Positions 25,304 through 38,479 of a DNA stretch of 64,000 nt are shown piece by piece (positions within the stretch are counted from its first letter, which is position 1; each line of letters opens with the position of its first letter). The stretch comes from Octopus vulgaris. Taxonomy: Eukaryota. The notes beneath the pieces are model-generated. The model made no database searches, was not told the origin of the DNA, and saw only the letters and a list, made by a program, of their open reading frames with translations. The DNA is taken from the NCBI GenBank assembly GCA_951406725.2, contig OX597823.1, positions 81,282,001 to 81,346,000 on the forward strand. Direction: 5' to 3'. The translations under genes were made by a program, and so were the position numbers.

Positions 25304-26098
25304 GTATATATATAGATATGTGCACAGGGCTCCACAAATAACATGCTCACACATATAAATGTCAACATAACTATACATACATATAGAAAAACCAACACAC
25401 ACACACATAAATACACCAGTGCACACAAGCACACAGACATACAGATCTATGTATACACAAAAGCACAAGACAAATAACACACACTCACACATGTATGCAT
25501 ACACACATGCACACATCCACATACAGATATAAAGACATATATATATTTCAGTGACACGCATGCAAACACAGACAAATAAGACACACCCACAATCACCCAC
25601 ACATACACACACGTACATGCACACACACACAGACACACACACACACACACACACACAGATACGCACATGAACTGGAAAAGTAAATTGAGATCACATCGGG
25701 TGGAGGGATATTGAAGAATTAAAGGAATTCCCTCCCATTTCTTTATTTATATAATCTTTCGCATTACACTGCTTTTCTTAACATCATCAACATCTTGTGT
25801 AGTTCCATAACACTTTTATCTTTTCTCTTCTTTCTTTTATATCAGGAATGTTCTGGAAGAGAACTGAAGCTAAGAACATTACCTTTTAGTTTGTCTGTCT
25901 AATTTCAATACCTCAGTGTAATGTTTGTTTGTAACTGACAGACTTTTGCCTTGAGTTTTCTTTTATAATTTTTCTCTTAACGTATTTTTAATCAATCTTC
26001 TAGAGTCATACCATTATGTAATGAAGTAATATCTTTAGCTATCAAATATATATATATATATGTTTGTTTATTACTCAAGCTACTTGTCTGTCTGTTTG

Positions 26099-26238
<140 letters not shown>

Positions 26239-26254
26239 CACACAGACACACACA

Positions 26255-26666
26255 CTCTTTTACTCTTTTACTCATTTCAGTCATTTGACTGTGGCCATGC
26301 TGGAGCACTGCCTTTAGTCAAGCAAATCGATCCCAGGATTTATTCTTTGTAAGCCTAGTACTTATTCAATCAGTCTCTTTTGCTGAACCGCTAAGTTACG
26401 GGGACATAAACACACCAGCATCGGTTGTCAAGCGATGTTGGGAGGACAAACACAGATACACAGACACACACACATACATATGTATATATACATATATATA
26501 CATATATACGACGGGCTTCTTTCAGTTTCCATCTACCAAATCCACTCACAAGACTTTGGTCTACCCGAGGCTATTGTAGAAGACACTTGCCCAAGGTGCC
26601 ATGCAGTGGGACTGAACCCGGAACCATGTGGTTGGTAAGCAAGCTACTTACCACACAGCCACTCCT
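26255..26666 (-). mobile_element. SINE family A, full length
   Basis: Reverse complement of head through tail. Confidence 0.9.
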
Positions 26667-26694
26667 TGTAAATAAGTGTCTATGTGTGTATGTA

Positions 26695-27545
26695 TCATCA
26701 TCATCAACATCATTGTCGTCATTTAATGTCTGCTCTCCATGCTGGCATATGCTAGACGGTTTGACTGGCACTGATGAGCTGGAGAGCTGCACCAGGTTCC
26801 AGTCTGATTTAGCATGGTTACTGCTGCTGGATTGCCCTTCCTAACGCCAACCCCTCCAGGAGTGTATTGGGTGTATTTACATGCCACCAGCATGGGTGTT
26901 GTTTACACAGCACTGGCAGTGATCCCTACGATTCATGGGTGCCATTTGCATGGTTCTGACAATATATTTATATATATATATATATATGTGTGTGTGTAGA
27001 AGTGTGTGTGTGTGTGTGTGTGTGCGTCTGTGTGTGAAAACATGTGGCTTAGTGGTTAGGTTATTTGGCTCACGGACTTAAAGTCATGAGTTTGATTCCT
27101 AACAGTGCACTTTATTTCACATTGTTTTAATCCACTCTAGTGTCAAAAATGAGTAGGGCCTGTATTCAAAAAGAGCCAGCCTTGTCACATTCCGTGTCAC
27201 ACTGAATCATCATCATCATCATCATCATTGTTTAATGTCTGCCTTCCATGCTAGCATGGGTGGGACAGTTTCACAAGAGCTGGCTAGGCCAAAGCCTGAA
27301 CCAGACATCTGTGACTGTTTTGGCAGGATTTTACAGTTGGATGCCCTTCCTAACATTAACCACTCACCAGAGTGGACCTAGTGTTTTATATTTTTTTTTG
27401 TGGCACAAGCAAGCACAGGCGAGGTCAGTTTTGGCAAAGTTTTTACAGCTGGATGCCCTTCCAAATACCAACCACTTTACAGTGTGGACTAGGTGCCTTT
27501 AAGTGGCACCTGCTTTGACACAGTCACCAAGTACTTGAAAAAAAT
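26695..27545 (-). mobile_element. Cluster of RTE 3'UTR fragments (26695-26900, 27207-27545) flanking a partial family C SINE (+, 27041-27206)
   Basis: (CAT)n tails and ggatgcccttcc motifs; gtggcttagtggttagg head. Confidence 0.7.
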
Positions 27546-27811
27546 ACTTTCAAGAGGAGAGGAGGCTTTGGAGGAGGTGATCTTGTGTTAGATGATGAAT
27601 AGGTAATAGCGAGACATGTACAGGTGCCTTGCTGTAGAGGAAGTACAAGGTTACCTGGCTGGAGAGAGAAAGATCATGATTGAAGACAGAAAGTGGTGTG
27701 CTATCACAACTCCCTGATAACTACGGTAAGGGTATGCATGTTCAGTTGATAGGGACAACTGGAACCCTTGTCATCATAACTGATGGAGTGCCAGTTTACA
27801 AATTCTTTTAA

Positions 27812-28210
27812 TCTTTTACTTGTTTCAGTCATTTGACTGTGGCCATGCCGGAGCACTGCCTGAAAGTGTTTTTGTCGAAGAAATTGGTCTCATGACATTT
27901 TCTGTGTAAGCCTAGTGCTTATTCTATCGGTCTCTTTTGTCGAACTGCTACGTTATGGTGACATAAACATACTAGCATTGGTTGTCAAGTGATGGCTGGG
28001 GCAGGGGGACAAACACAGACACACACATGCAAATATATATATGTATGTATGTATATACAATAGGCTTCTCCCAGTTTCTGTCTACCAAATCCACTCATAA
28101 GGCTTTGGTCGCCTTCAAGGCTATAGTAGAAGACATTTGCCCAAGGTGCCATGCAGTGAGACTGAACTTGGGAACCATGTGGTTGGGAAGCAAGCTTCTT
28201 ACCACACAAC
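27812..28210 (-). mobile_element. SINE family A
   Basis: Reverse complement of family A. Confidence 0.85.
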
Positions 28211-28248
28211 TAGCACACCTATTTCTCTTTCTCTCTCCTCTTTCTCTT

Positions 28249-28280
<32 letters not shown>

Positions 28281-28370
28281 CACCTATCAGTCTGTCCGTC
28301 TGTCTATGAATTTATCCATGTAGATATGTATAGAAAGGTATGGATAAGCATATATGTATGTATGTGTATG

Positions 28371-28452
<82 letters not shown>

Positions 28453-29061
28453 TGTGTAAATATATACATACATACTTACATTCATACATGTGGAAATATA
28501 TATTTACGTTGGTGTATGTCTTTCCAGCCAGCCAGTCAGCCAGTCAGTCAGCCAGTCATCTATTCGGCCATCCACATCCATCCACCCATCCAATAACCCA
28601 CCCACCCACCCACCCACCCATCCATCCATCCATCCATCCATCCATCCATCCATCCATCCATTCATCCCAAACATGAGACACATCACACGCTGTATATATA
28701 GAAATTGACTCTCGCATTCATATCATCAGCTCCGAGGTAAAAACGAAAGGGGTAGGATTGGGTAGGTTTAGATATAGATAGCAGAATGTTGAAACTTGTA
28801 CAACAGAAACAAAACACTTTGAGTAAGATGAATATACCTCAGCAGTCAGTAGTGCTGAATGAATGAATGAATGAATACTACAATGGCACAGCAATTGATT
28901 GAAGAAGACAAACCATGTTAAGGTGCTTTTAACAAAGAATGCATGTTCACACACTTGCACATGCGCACACACACACATACAGGCACACATACAGTCATAA
29001 TACACATATATCATTATGCATATATTCCTGTACAGGAATGCATATATATACATACACATAT

Positions 29062-29104
<43 letters not shown>

Positions 29105-29217
29105 CACATGTATATATATACATACACACATACATATACATGTATATATATACACACGTGTATATATACTTATGTATATTTATACATGTGTATAGATGTC
29201 ACACACATACTTACATA

Positions 29218-29252
<35 letters not shown>

Positions 29253-30107
29253 GAATTTCTATATGAAAATATATCTTTGTATGTGTGTGTGTGTATGCAT
29301 GTATGTGCATATGCACATGAATAACTATACATATATAAGTATGTACTGATATATTTATATATATATACATATATGCTTATAAATATGTATATATATATAT
29401 GAATGTGTGTGCGTGTATACACACACACACATATATATATTTATATATATATGTATATCTGTCTTCTATCTATCTATCTATTTACCTATGTGTATGTGTG
29501 TGTGTGTGTATATATATATACATATATATATTTACATATATACAGATATACATAAATATGTGAAAATCAAGCACATACACACATACACACTTAAGCATGT
29601 CCACACAAATACACAAACACCCACACATTCATACACACACATATGTATAGCATTTGTAGGAACACAAGAGTTTTAATTTTACTAAAAGATATCCAGTATT
29701 ACCCTTTCTCTATAGATTCTCATCCTCATGAAACAGCTCTGCATTGTTTCTGCTTTTATATTTTCCTTTGATGCTCACCTACAACATCACACCTTTTTTC
29801 TAAAACTTACGTGTAGGCTTTTAGGCACTTTTCTTTAACAGCGCTTGTCTGACTTCAAAAATGTTTTTGACTTTTGAGGTTTTCATGTCAAATTGTGTAA
29901 AGGGTCAGATTTCCATTTTCTGTATGTTTGTGTGTGTGTGTATTATGACATTATTCAATTTTATTTCAAGATTTCTTGCCAATAGAGAAAGAATCAGTTT
30001 CTAACCTAAATCCAAGGCTTCTTCATTGAAATTTCAACATCAGCAGGGTACTTTTGTATGTATGTGTGTATGTATGTATGTATGTATGTATGTTTGTATG
30101 TATGATG

Positions 30108-30486
30108 CTGACATGCAGTGTCTGTGCAAGACCCTGTCTTAGTAAAGCTGGACTCAAGAGTCATCTTTGTAGTCATAAAGCGAGACAGATGAGTGACAAC
30201 CTGGCCACTGGTGGTGGTGTTACACACCATACTAATCATATTTGTCAGGCATGTGGAAGAGAGTGTAATTCGGCAGGAGGACATAAACGACATGCAAAGG
30301 TACATGAAACCCAGTTACAACTACACCTGGCTATTACCGGTAAAGGTTTTAGCTGCCAATTCTGTACAAGACATTATAGATCTTTAGCTGGGCTAAAAAC
30401 TCACATTCAATCACAGCGCCAATAACAGTTAAGCTTTGTGCAATGGCCATACTCGATAACGAGGGGGCAGCCATCATCATCATCAT
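30108..30486 (+). mobile_element. RTE LINE extreme 3' end encoding three C2H2 zinc fingers
   Basis: CSVCARPCLSKAGLKSHLCSH, CQACGRECNSAGGHKRHAKVH, CQFCTRHYRSLAGLKTHIQS*, then 3'UTR gcaatggc..ctcgataacgagggg and (CAT)n; the same 3'UTR ends 30578-31682. Confidence 0.75.
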
Positions 30487-30577
30487 GTGTGATGTATGTA
30501 TGTATGTATGTATGTATGTATGTATGTATGTATGTATGTATGTATGTATGTATGTATGTATGTATGTATGTATGTAT

Positions 30578-31682
30578 CAATCGATTAATCTAAAAAAAAC
30601 TGTTATAATATACCAGCCCTCTCCCTCCAAGATGTATGTGGAACTTTTTATAACTGTGAATGGTCAAAGCTTAGAGACTGTGCCTAGAATTATATATTTA
30701 GGAAGTACCTTGAGTGCTGCTAGTCTTGATGATGAAATTTCATACAGAATCAGCAAGGCTTGTAGTGCTTTGGTAGGCTTGATACGAGTCTGTGGAAACA
30801 ACATAATATATCTTCACAAATTAAAGTTAAGGTATATAACACGTGCATCCTCCCATCTTTGCTATATGGAAGTGAGGCATGGGTTGTTTACCATAGGCAT
30901 GTAAGGCCACTGGAATGATACTGTCAATATTGTCTGAGAATCATTTTGGGAATAAACTGGAAAATGGCCATTAGTAATGTGTAGGTGCTTGAGAGGAGCA
31001 GCAGTAGAAGTGTTTGAGGTGGGTCAGGGCATTTGGTAAGGATGAGTGATGAGGGACTGCCCAAGCAGCTATTGTATGGTGAGCTAAAGGATGGCAGGAG
31101 ACTAGTGCATGAGCCTAAACTAAGGTTTAAGAATTGCCTTAAAAATTCTCTAATACAGACAGGAATTGCAGCTGGTGATTGAGAGTGGGCGGCACAAGAC
31201 CGCAATGGATGAAGATTGTGCATAGTGATTGTTTAAAGTTTGAGAGGGCAAGAGTGAAGTATGAGAGAATTAGGAGGAGGCTTAGAAGGGGAAACCTGTG
31301 GAAAGTGAAAGAGTGTTGCTTTTTGTGTGTGTGGTTTGTGGGAAGAGGTGTTTGAGTCATGCAGGCCTGGGGAGCCATCAAAACTCTCACTGGAATTGAC
31401 CCATGATAAACAGTGATGTGGCTATTAAAATTCACAACGGGACATATGTAAAATGTGGAAGGGTGTGCCTCACAGCTGGAGGTCTGAAAAGACATGTTAA
31501 GAGAGTGCATATGGTGGCACATGTTTCTCCTGCCATCCAGCACAGTTGTGCAGTATGTAATAAAATGTGTAAAAGTATAGCTGGGCTTAAAAGTCATATA
31601 GAGGCATCACATGGCATCAATAATGAATAATTTCAGTAAGTCTTTTTGGCAATGGCTTTTCTCGTGTAATGAGGGTGCACCT
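30578..31682 (+). mobile_element. RTE (BovB-like) LINE 3' fragment: degenerate RT C-terminus plus three C2H2 fingers
   Basis: INLKKT..YLGSTLS..LDDEISYRISKA..LLYGSEAW..GHLVRMSDEGLPKQLLYGEL..PKLRFKNCLK; then CVVCGKRCLSHAGLGSH, CGRVCLTAGGLKRHVKRVH, CAVCNKMCKSIAGLKSH. Confidence 0.85.
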
Positions 31683-31719
31683 ATATTGTATGTATGTATG
31701 TATGTATTTATGTATGTAT

Positions 31720-31908
31720 GCAGATTTGTATTTGTTTTATGTATGTATTCTCATGCATATAGTTGCATGTTTAGACATTCTTATATATACATAAATATAA
31801 ACTTCTGGAAAAGTTTTACAAATTTTTACAGTTCCAGTGATGGCTTGGAACTGTAGTCTTTGAATCAGCTTTCTCCTTTCTGGTTTTGAGAAGCCTAATT
31901 TCTCAAGA
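31720..31908 (-). mobile_element. RLE-type (R4/NeSL-like) LINE C-terminus; its 3'UTR probably resumes at 29952-30050
   Basis: Minus NLEKLGFSKPERRKLIQRLQFQAITGTVKICKTF resembles the terminal LQ...GT.KI.K.F motif of RLE LINEs. Confidence 0.5.
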
Positions 31909-32325
31909 TTGGTGGTGTGCTACATATCCCAGTGCCCCAGTAATTACAGGTATAAACATGCACTTCCTAACACCAACCACTCTGAGAGTGTAATGGGTGA
32001 TTTTACATGTCACCGTCATGGGTACCAATTTGCCTCCTTGAGGCCCCACACTCGAAAGGAATTCAGCCACTTACCCTCCATGAGGCCCAATGCTTGAAAG
32101 GAGGGTTTGTGTATGTCCTTGTACTTTGCAGTTTGGAAAAAAAAAAAAGAAAAAGCAAAGGATAAATTCCAGGCTTTAATAAATAAGAGTTACAATTGAT
32201 TTGTTCAACTAAAACCCGTCAATCATTGGACTGTAACCATGCAGTGGCTCCACCTTGATGGCAGTACCCCTGCATGGTTGTAGTCCAATGACTGAACAAG
32301 TAAAAGATAAAAGATATATATATAT

Positions 32326-32360
<35 letters not shown>

Positions 32361-32494
32361 CACACACACGCACATATATGTATATATCTAGCCATCTGTC
32401 TGTCTGTATATGTTTATATATATACATAGCTGGCTGTGTGTCTATATGTGTGTTTATATATATATATATATATATTCAACCATCTATCTGTCTG

Positions 32495-32533
<39 letters not shown>

Positions 32534-32581
32534 TATTTATACTCCAGCCATCTATTTGTCAGTATGTATTATGTATGCAAG

Positions 32582-32629
<48 letters not shown>

Positions 32630-32679
32630 ACAAGAAAGGCATCCTTAGACAGAACATAGGTGTCTGCCGATCAAAAATA

Positions 32680-33100
32680 TACCTAATACGTTTGAGAACA
32701 GATTTTGTTATATATTTCAAAGTTGCTTACAGCTTGCAAGAGCTTTCATCTTGAGAGCAGCAAAGCTGCTTCTAGATTCATCAAAGTTTTGGAAGTGATT
32801 GAGAAATGTTTATTTGATAAGTTACCAAATCGTTTTCGTGGCACTACTTATAAACAGTTCGACATCATTGTATTACTGCAAAACTTCATTTTTATTTGAT
32901 AATCAATTACAGGAAACTGTTTGTGAAAATTTTGCAGCTTCAGTAAAATGCTATATTTTTAATGTGCTTTTCATATTCAAGTACTATATCTTCCACCTTG
33001 TTTTCCATCTATGTGTTATTAGTATTTGTAAATTTTATATAACAGGCATGCAGTTCTGCAAGCCAGTTGCTGCTATTGTGCATGCTTGCTTCCTCAGTAT
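32680..33100 (-). mobile_element. Degenerate hAT transposase C-terminal (dimerisation) relic
   Basis: Frameshifted minus reading IVLEYEK../FTEAAKFSQTVSCN*LSN/DVELFISSATKT../NFEI/TKSVLKRI, resembling F.ELA.FA..L..P.SNADVER.FS..KTK. Confidence 0.45.
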
Positions 33101-33700
33101 TATTAGCAACAGGCCAAATGACTTGCACCATAATAACAATCAACTCCCAGAAATTCATGTATCTAAAATGAAGCTTGAAAATTCCAATCAGGTTTGCTGC
33201 ATTCTAATTAATATGTAATGTGGCTTGAAATCCACATGGTACCCTATCCAGAGATATGATGGCTGTTGTCAAACCATATGGTGTATAAGTGTGGAGCGTG
33301 AAACTGTTTACTGGGCTCAAATCTTTTGGTAATATGTTATGCCCTTCAGTGTATATATATATATATTACATTACACACACACACACATACACACACATAT
33401 ATGGTAAGAAAAAAGGAGGAGAATTTCAATTATTCACATGTGGTGAGTGGTAATGCAAAAGATATATATATATATATATTTTAAAAAAGAGAAGGAAAAT
33501 GCATACAGTTTACATAGTTTTAATATATTTTTTAATATATTTTATAAGTGAAAGAGTATTGTGTTTGTTGACTGGTTTTGCTTTTGTTAGTCATGACATT
33601 GAAACTATTGTAATTTTGTATTTTCTTAAGATTTTAGTCCATGTCATGTATGTGAGTTTCTGAATGAAATCTTTTTTCCTTCTTCTTTTCTTTATATATG

Positions 33701-34260
33701 CTTTGTGAGTGGATTTGGTAGACGGAAACTGAAAGAAGCCCGTCGTATATATGTATATATATATGTATGTGTGTGTATATGTTTGTGTGTCTGTGTTTGT
33801 CCCCCCCAACATCGATTGACAACCGATGCTGGTGTGTTTATGTCCCCGTGTAGGAGTGGCTGTGTGGTAAGTAGCTTGCTTACGAACCACATGGTTCCGG
33901 GTTCAGTCCCACTGTGTGGCACCTTGGGCAAGTGTTTTCTACTTTAGCCTCGGGCCGACCAAAGCCTTGTGAGTGGATTTGGTTGACAGAAACTGAAAGA
34001 AGCCCGTCGTATATATGTATATATATATATATGTATGTGTGTGTATATGTTTGTGTGTCTGTGTTTGTCCCCCACAACATCGATTGACAACCGATGCTGG
34101 TGTGTTTATGTCCCCGTAACTTAGTGGTTCAGCAAAACAGACCGATAGAATAAGTACTAGGCTTACAAAGAATAAGTCCTGGGGTCGATTTCCTCGACTA
34201 AAGGCGGTGCTCCAGCATGGCCACAGTCACATGACTGAAACAAGTAGAAGAGTAAAAGAG
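33701..34260 (+). mobile_element. SINE family A, full copy (33849-34260) preceded by a duplicated internal segment (33701-33848)
   Basis: Both segments share the variant catcgattgacaacc. Confidence 0.9.
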
Positions 34261-34267
34261 TATAAAA

Positions 34268-34302
<35 letters not shown>

Positions 34303-34323
34303 CACACACACACATATATAGAT

Positions 34324-34552
34324 ATACTGGAGTAAGCACATAAATGTGAAACAAGGTGGAAAAAAAGAGTACTCAAATACCAAAGGTAGAGTAATATGCT
34401 TTATTTAAAAGCAGCAGAATTATAACAAAAGCTGTTACTCAGAGTTTCACGTTCCCATTCGTTGGACAGTTTTTAGCAAAAACTGTCTGACGAACAGGAA
34501 CGTGAAACTCTGAGTAACAGCTTTTGTTATATTTCTGCTGCTTTTAAATAAA

Positions 34553-34558
<6 letters not shown>
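34324..34558. mobile_element. Penelope-like pseudo-LTR fold-back insertion in (TA)n
   Basis: About 80-bp arms within 34394-34558, centred on ttttt-agc-aaaaa; hammerhead motif and aataaa in the arms. Confidence 0.7.
34476..34527 (+). ncRNA. Minimal type-I hammerhead ribozyme (intact core)
   Basis: Stem I gcaaaaactgt/acagcttttgt; CTGACGA at 34487-34493; stem II AC-aggaac-GT; GAAA at 34504-34507; stem III ACTC-t-GAGT; cleavage triplet GTA at 34514-34516. Confidence 0.75.
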
Positions 34559-34593
<35 letters not shown>

Positions 34594-34689
34594 GTTTGGA
34601 TAACCACGTATCTCCCTTGCAGCTGTAGATTTGTTTCTGTCTTCATTCCCTGATCTCTCTCTCTTTTTCTTTTTCTCTCTCTCTCTCTG

Positions 34690-35360
34690 GCTGGGTAACC
34701 TTGTACTTCCTCTACAGCAAGACACTTGTTTCTGCCTCACTATAACCTTTCCATCATCCAACACAAGATCACCTCCTCCAATGCCTCCTCTCCTCTTGAA
34801 AGTTTTTTTTTGTCTTGCATGTACTTGGTGACCCTGTCAGTGCAGATGCCACTTAAGCATCCAGTCCACACTGTAAAGTGGTTGGCGTTTGGAAGGGCAT
34901 CCAGCTGTAAAAACCTAAAACTGACCTCGCTTGTGATTGTGCCATGTAAAAAAGCACTAAGTCCACTCTGCTGATAGGTTTGTGTGAGGAAGGGCATCCA
35001 GCTATAAAAATGCTGCCAAAACAATCACAGAAGTCTGGTGCAAGTTTCTTATTTCTTTATTGCCCACAAGGGGCTAAACATGGAGGGGACAAACAAGGAC
35101 AGACAAAGGGATTAAGTTGATTACATCGACCCCAGTGCGTAACTGGTACTTAATTTATCGACCCCGAAAGGATGAAAGGCAAAGTGGAATTTGAACTCAG
35201 AACGTAAAGACAGCCGAAATACCGCTAAGCATTTCACCCGCATACTGTTTCTGCAGGTCACCTCCTTAAACTTGCACCGTCTGTTGTCAAACTGTCCCAC
35301 CCATGCCAGCATGGAAGGTGGACGTTAAACAATGCTGCTGCTGCTGATGATGATGATGAT
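34690..35360 (+). mobile_element. RTE 3'UTR interrupted by a family D SINE (-, about 35050-35245)
   Basis: ggaagggcatccagct motifs, ggacgttaaacaatg..gatgatgat tail; Nin core inside. Confidence 0.75.
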
Positions 35361-35399
35361 ATATATATATAAATATATGAATGAAAGGACTTCAATATT

Positions 35400-36090
35400 A
35401 CAGCTTACTAGGTATCATCAGATTCTTTTGATGGCCAGAAAACTTCAATGTCATTGTCAACCTTTTCTTTCTAAAACTTTGAAATAAAATGATGCCTTCC
35501 ATCACTAAAACATTTTAAAATTGCTGTTTCTCTCAACTGTTTTCTATTATGAATTGAATATATTATTTACTCCATCACATATTATTTTAAATTCATTTAG
35601 TTCATTTAATTTCTTTATACTTTCATTCCCTTGAATAGAACAATCATGTAGAAAGAAAGCTTTACAAGTTCTCTTTATATATTACCAGAAAATTATTTGA
35701 AATTTTTGTAATTATTCTTGATACATTTTGATTTTCAAGACTCCCATTTCTAAATTGTTATAGGTTGGGATTACTTTGGTCTCCATTGCTGTTCTGGACT
35801 TTTGTTCACAATATTAATATCAAGCATAAATTAGTTACTTTGAAGAATAAATCTTAATTCTTCAATTATTAATTATCCTTATATATAATGTACAAAGAGT
35901 ATTGATTTGATTAGTATAGGTGCAATCTGAATAATTTTGTCTGTTCTTTTTAATTTCTTAACATTCTAATAAACCCTTTATCCTTCACTCATTTTTAAAT
36001 TGTCCAGATTTTTTGCATTCCTTAGTTTATTTAAGTATTTCTCGTATCATTAGTATAACTTTCACCATATAAGAACAACAAATAATTCAT
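35400..36090 (-). mobile_element. Highly degenerate Penelope-like reverse transcriptase relic
   Basis: Minus TAMETKVIPTYNNLEMGVLKIKMY (about 35720-35795) resembles PLE GTAMGTK.APTYANL.MG.LE; downstream FLHDC resembles RFLDDC. Confidence 0.55.
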
Positions 36091-36105
36091 ATGAATTAAT
36101 ATACA

Positions 36106-36178
<73 letters not shown>

Positions 36179-38028
36179 TAGTGGGAGCAAGAGAGATAGT
36201 AAGAGACTGGGGTAAATATATCAAACTTTAGTTGACGATTTGGGAGAAACTGATTGATACATATATTCTTGGCCTGAGAGAGACTGATGACAGAGCTTGC
36301 AACTGTGCTGTTTGGTGACCTATTATCACTTGATGCATAGAAAGTTGGTGGATCTAAGAATAACTTGTGTGTGTGTGTGTACGTATATATGTGTGTATAT
36401 ATATATAGATATTTATAAATATATGTTTATGTGTGTGTGTAGTCTGATTCATGCAAGGTCGGAAAAGTGGACATAAATAATGACAGTGACACATACATAC
36501 ATGCACACATACACTTATGTATACATGTATATATATGTGTGTGTATATATGTATAAATATATATATGTGTGTATGTGTTTATATATGTATGTATACACAC
36601 ACACACAAACACTTATAATTATTGACACACATATATATAATACATAGAATATATATATTCAATATTAGCATTTTATACACTCATGCAATAAAATATATCT
36701 CTTAAAATTAGATCACTTAGAAGAGACAAACACACACAGACACATAATATGATAACACACACTTGTACACACTAATGACAGTGAAACTATATACCGTTCT
36801 GCTTCTATTTTCAATATATTTTTCATATTATGGAGATGACTCACGGTACATTGCAATTAATGCCATTACACACAGTAAATATATTGAACATCAAAGGTTG
36901 TAAAAATAGTAGCTGACTAACATCAAAATAGCAACCATTTATTGAATTCCATGCATTTAATTAGCTATTATATAATGAATTGGAAATTATCTACTTATTT
37001 ATATTTAGTAATTAATATTTATAATTTTAGTCTGAGCAAGCACTGTCTGCCTTGTCTACCCAAATATACATACATACATACAAACATACATACATACATA
37101 CATACATACATACATACATACATACACACATACAAACATACATACATACATACATACATAAACACACATACATACAGATATCCTGATATATAGCATCACC
37201 ATCATCATCTTCATCAATTAATGTCCATCATTTGAAGCTTGCATAGATCAAACAGAATTTGTTGAGATGAATTTTTTTACAGCTGAATGCCCTTCCTGTT
37301 GCCAACCCTCACCTGCTTCCTTGTAAGGAAATATTCCCCATGACCAGACATGATTTTGATGAAAGAGTAGAATAGTATGACCTCACTGGTATGATGATGA
37401 TGGTCATTTACAACTATAATGTAATGTCTAGACAAAGACACACACACACATGCCCCCCCCCCACCCTCACATTTTATCTGTTTTATCTTTTATGCACCTT
37501 CCACAGGTTCCCTTCACAATTACAGATCAGCACTTCCTTATACACCTTTTTCTCTTATGTTTTCTTGTTTCAGTCATCAGACTGCAGCCATGCTGGGGCA
37601 CCGCCTTGAAGAATTTTAGTCAAACAAATTGACCCTGGTACTTATTTTCTTGTTTTCAGTCTGGTACTTATTCTATCAGTTGGCTTTTGCCAAATTCCTA
37701 AGTTCGTTGGGAAGATAGGTTGCAGGGGAGTTTTGACACAGGACAGATTGTGTGTATGTGTGTGTAAGAAGTGGGGCATGGCTTGCTATAATTTTACATA
37801 GCTTGACATGTTTTCTCAAGCACTGTAAATCACCAACAGTCTTGGTCTCTTGTCATCTCTGTGAGGCTCAACACTTTGTTCCACATCTTCTTGGTTCTAC
37901 ACCTTCCAAATGTTCCCTTCTCAATTTGAGACTGACACTTTCTTATGCAACTGCCCTCACTCATATGCATCATATACATATATATATATATATGCATATA
38001 TGTTGAAAGAAAAGTTGAACATAAGAAG

Positions 38029-38083
<55 letters not shown>

Positions 38084-38266
38084 CAGATATGGAAATATTT
38101 TACTCTTAAATGCATAATAATAATGCTGAACAGCATAAATAGGATAGAACAGCCTTATATTGCAGAAAAATTTGTTAGTAGGCAGCCATGAGACTTGAAC
38201 TCACATCCCTAGCATCTATAAAAGCTATATTTATAAGTTCAAAAATTGCAAAAGAATTTGTTAGTA

Positions 38267-38338
38267 GGCAGTTTGGCTTAAAGGTAAAGCACTATGACTG
38301 TTACTCACAGGGACGTGTGTTCAAGTCTCATGGCTGGC
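38267..38338 (+). pseudogene. tRNA-Asn(GTT)-like sequence inside an inverted repeat
   Basis: D arm gctt/aagc, anticodon loop ctgttac, T loop ttcaagt; acceptor ggcagtt pairs with ggctgcc of the inverted copy. Confidence 0.45.
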
Positions 38339-38479
38339 TGCTGACAAATGTTTCTGCAATATAAGGATGTTCTGTCCTGTTTATGCTATTCAGCATTATT
38401 ATTATTATGTGTTTGAAAGTAAAATAGTAAAATATTTCCATATCTGTTTATTTCAATACATCTCAACGCTTCTAAAATA

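Noticed and set aside
30054-30425. Host C2H2 zinc-finger gene
   Set aside because: No TGEKP linkers, the ORF start lies in (TATG)n, and it ends in a LINE 3'UTR plus (CAT)n; interpreted as an RTE tail
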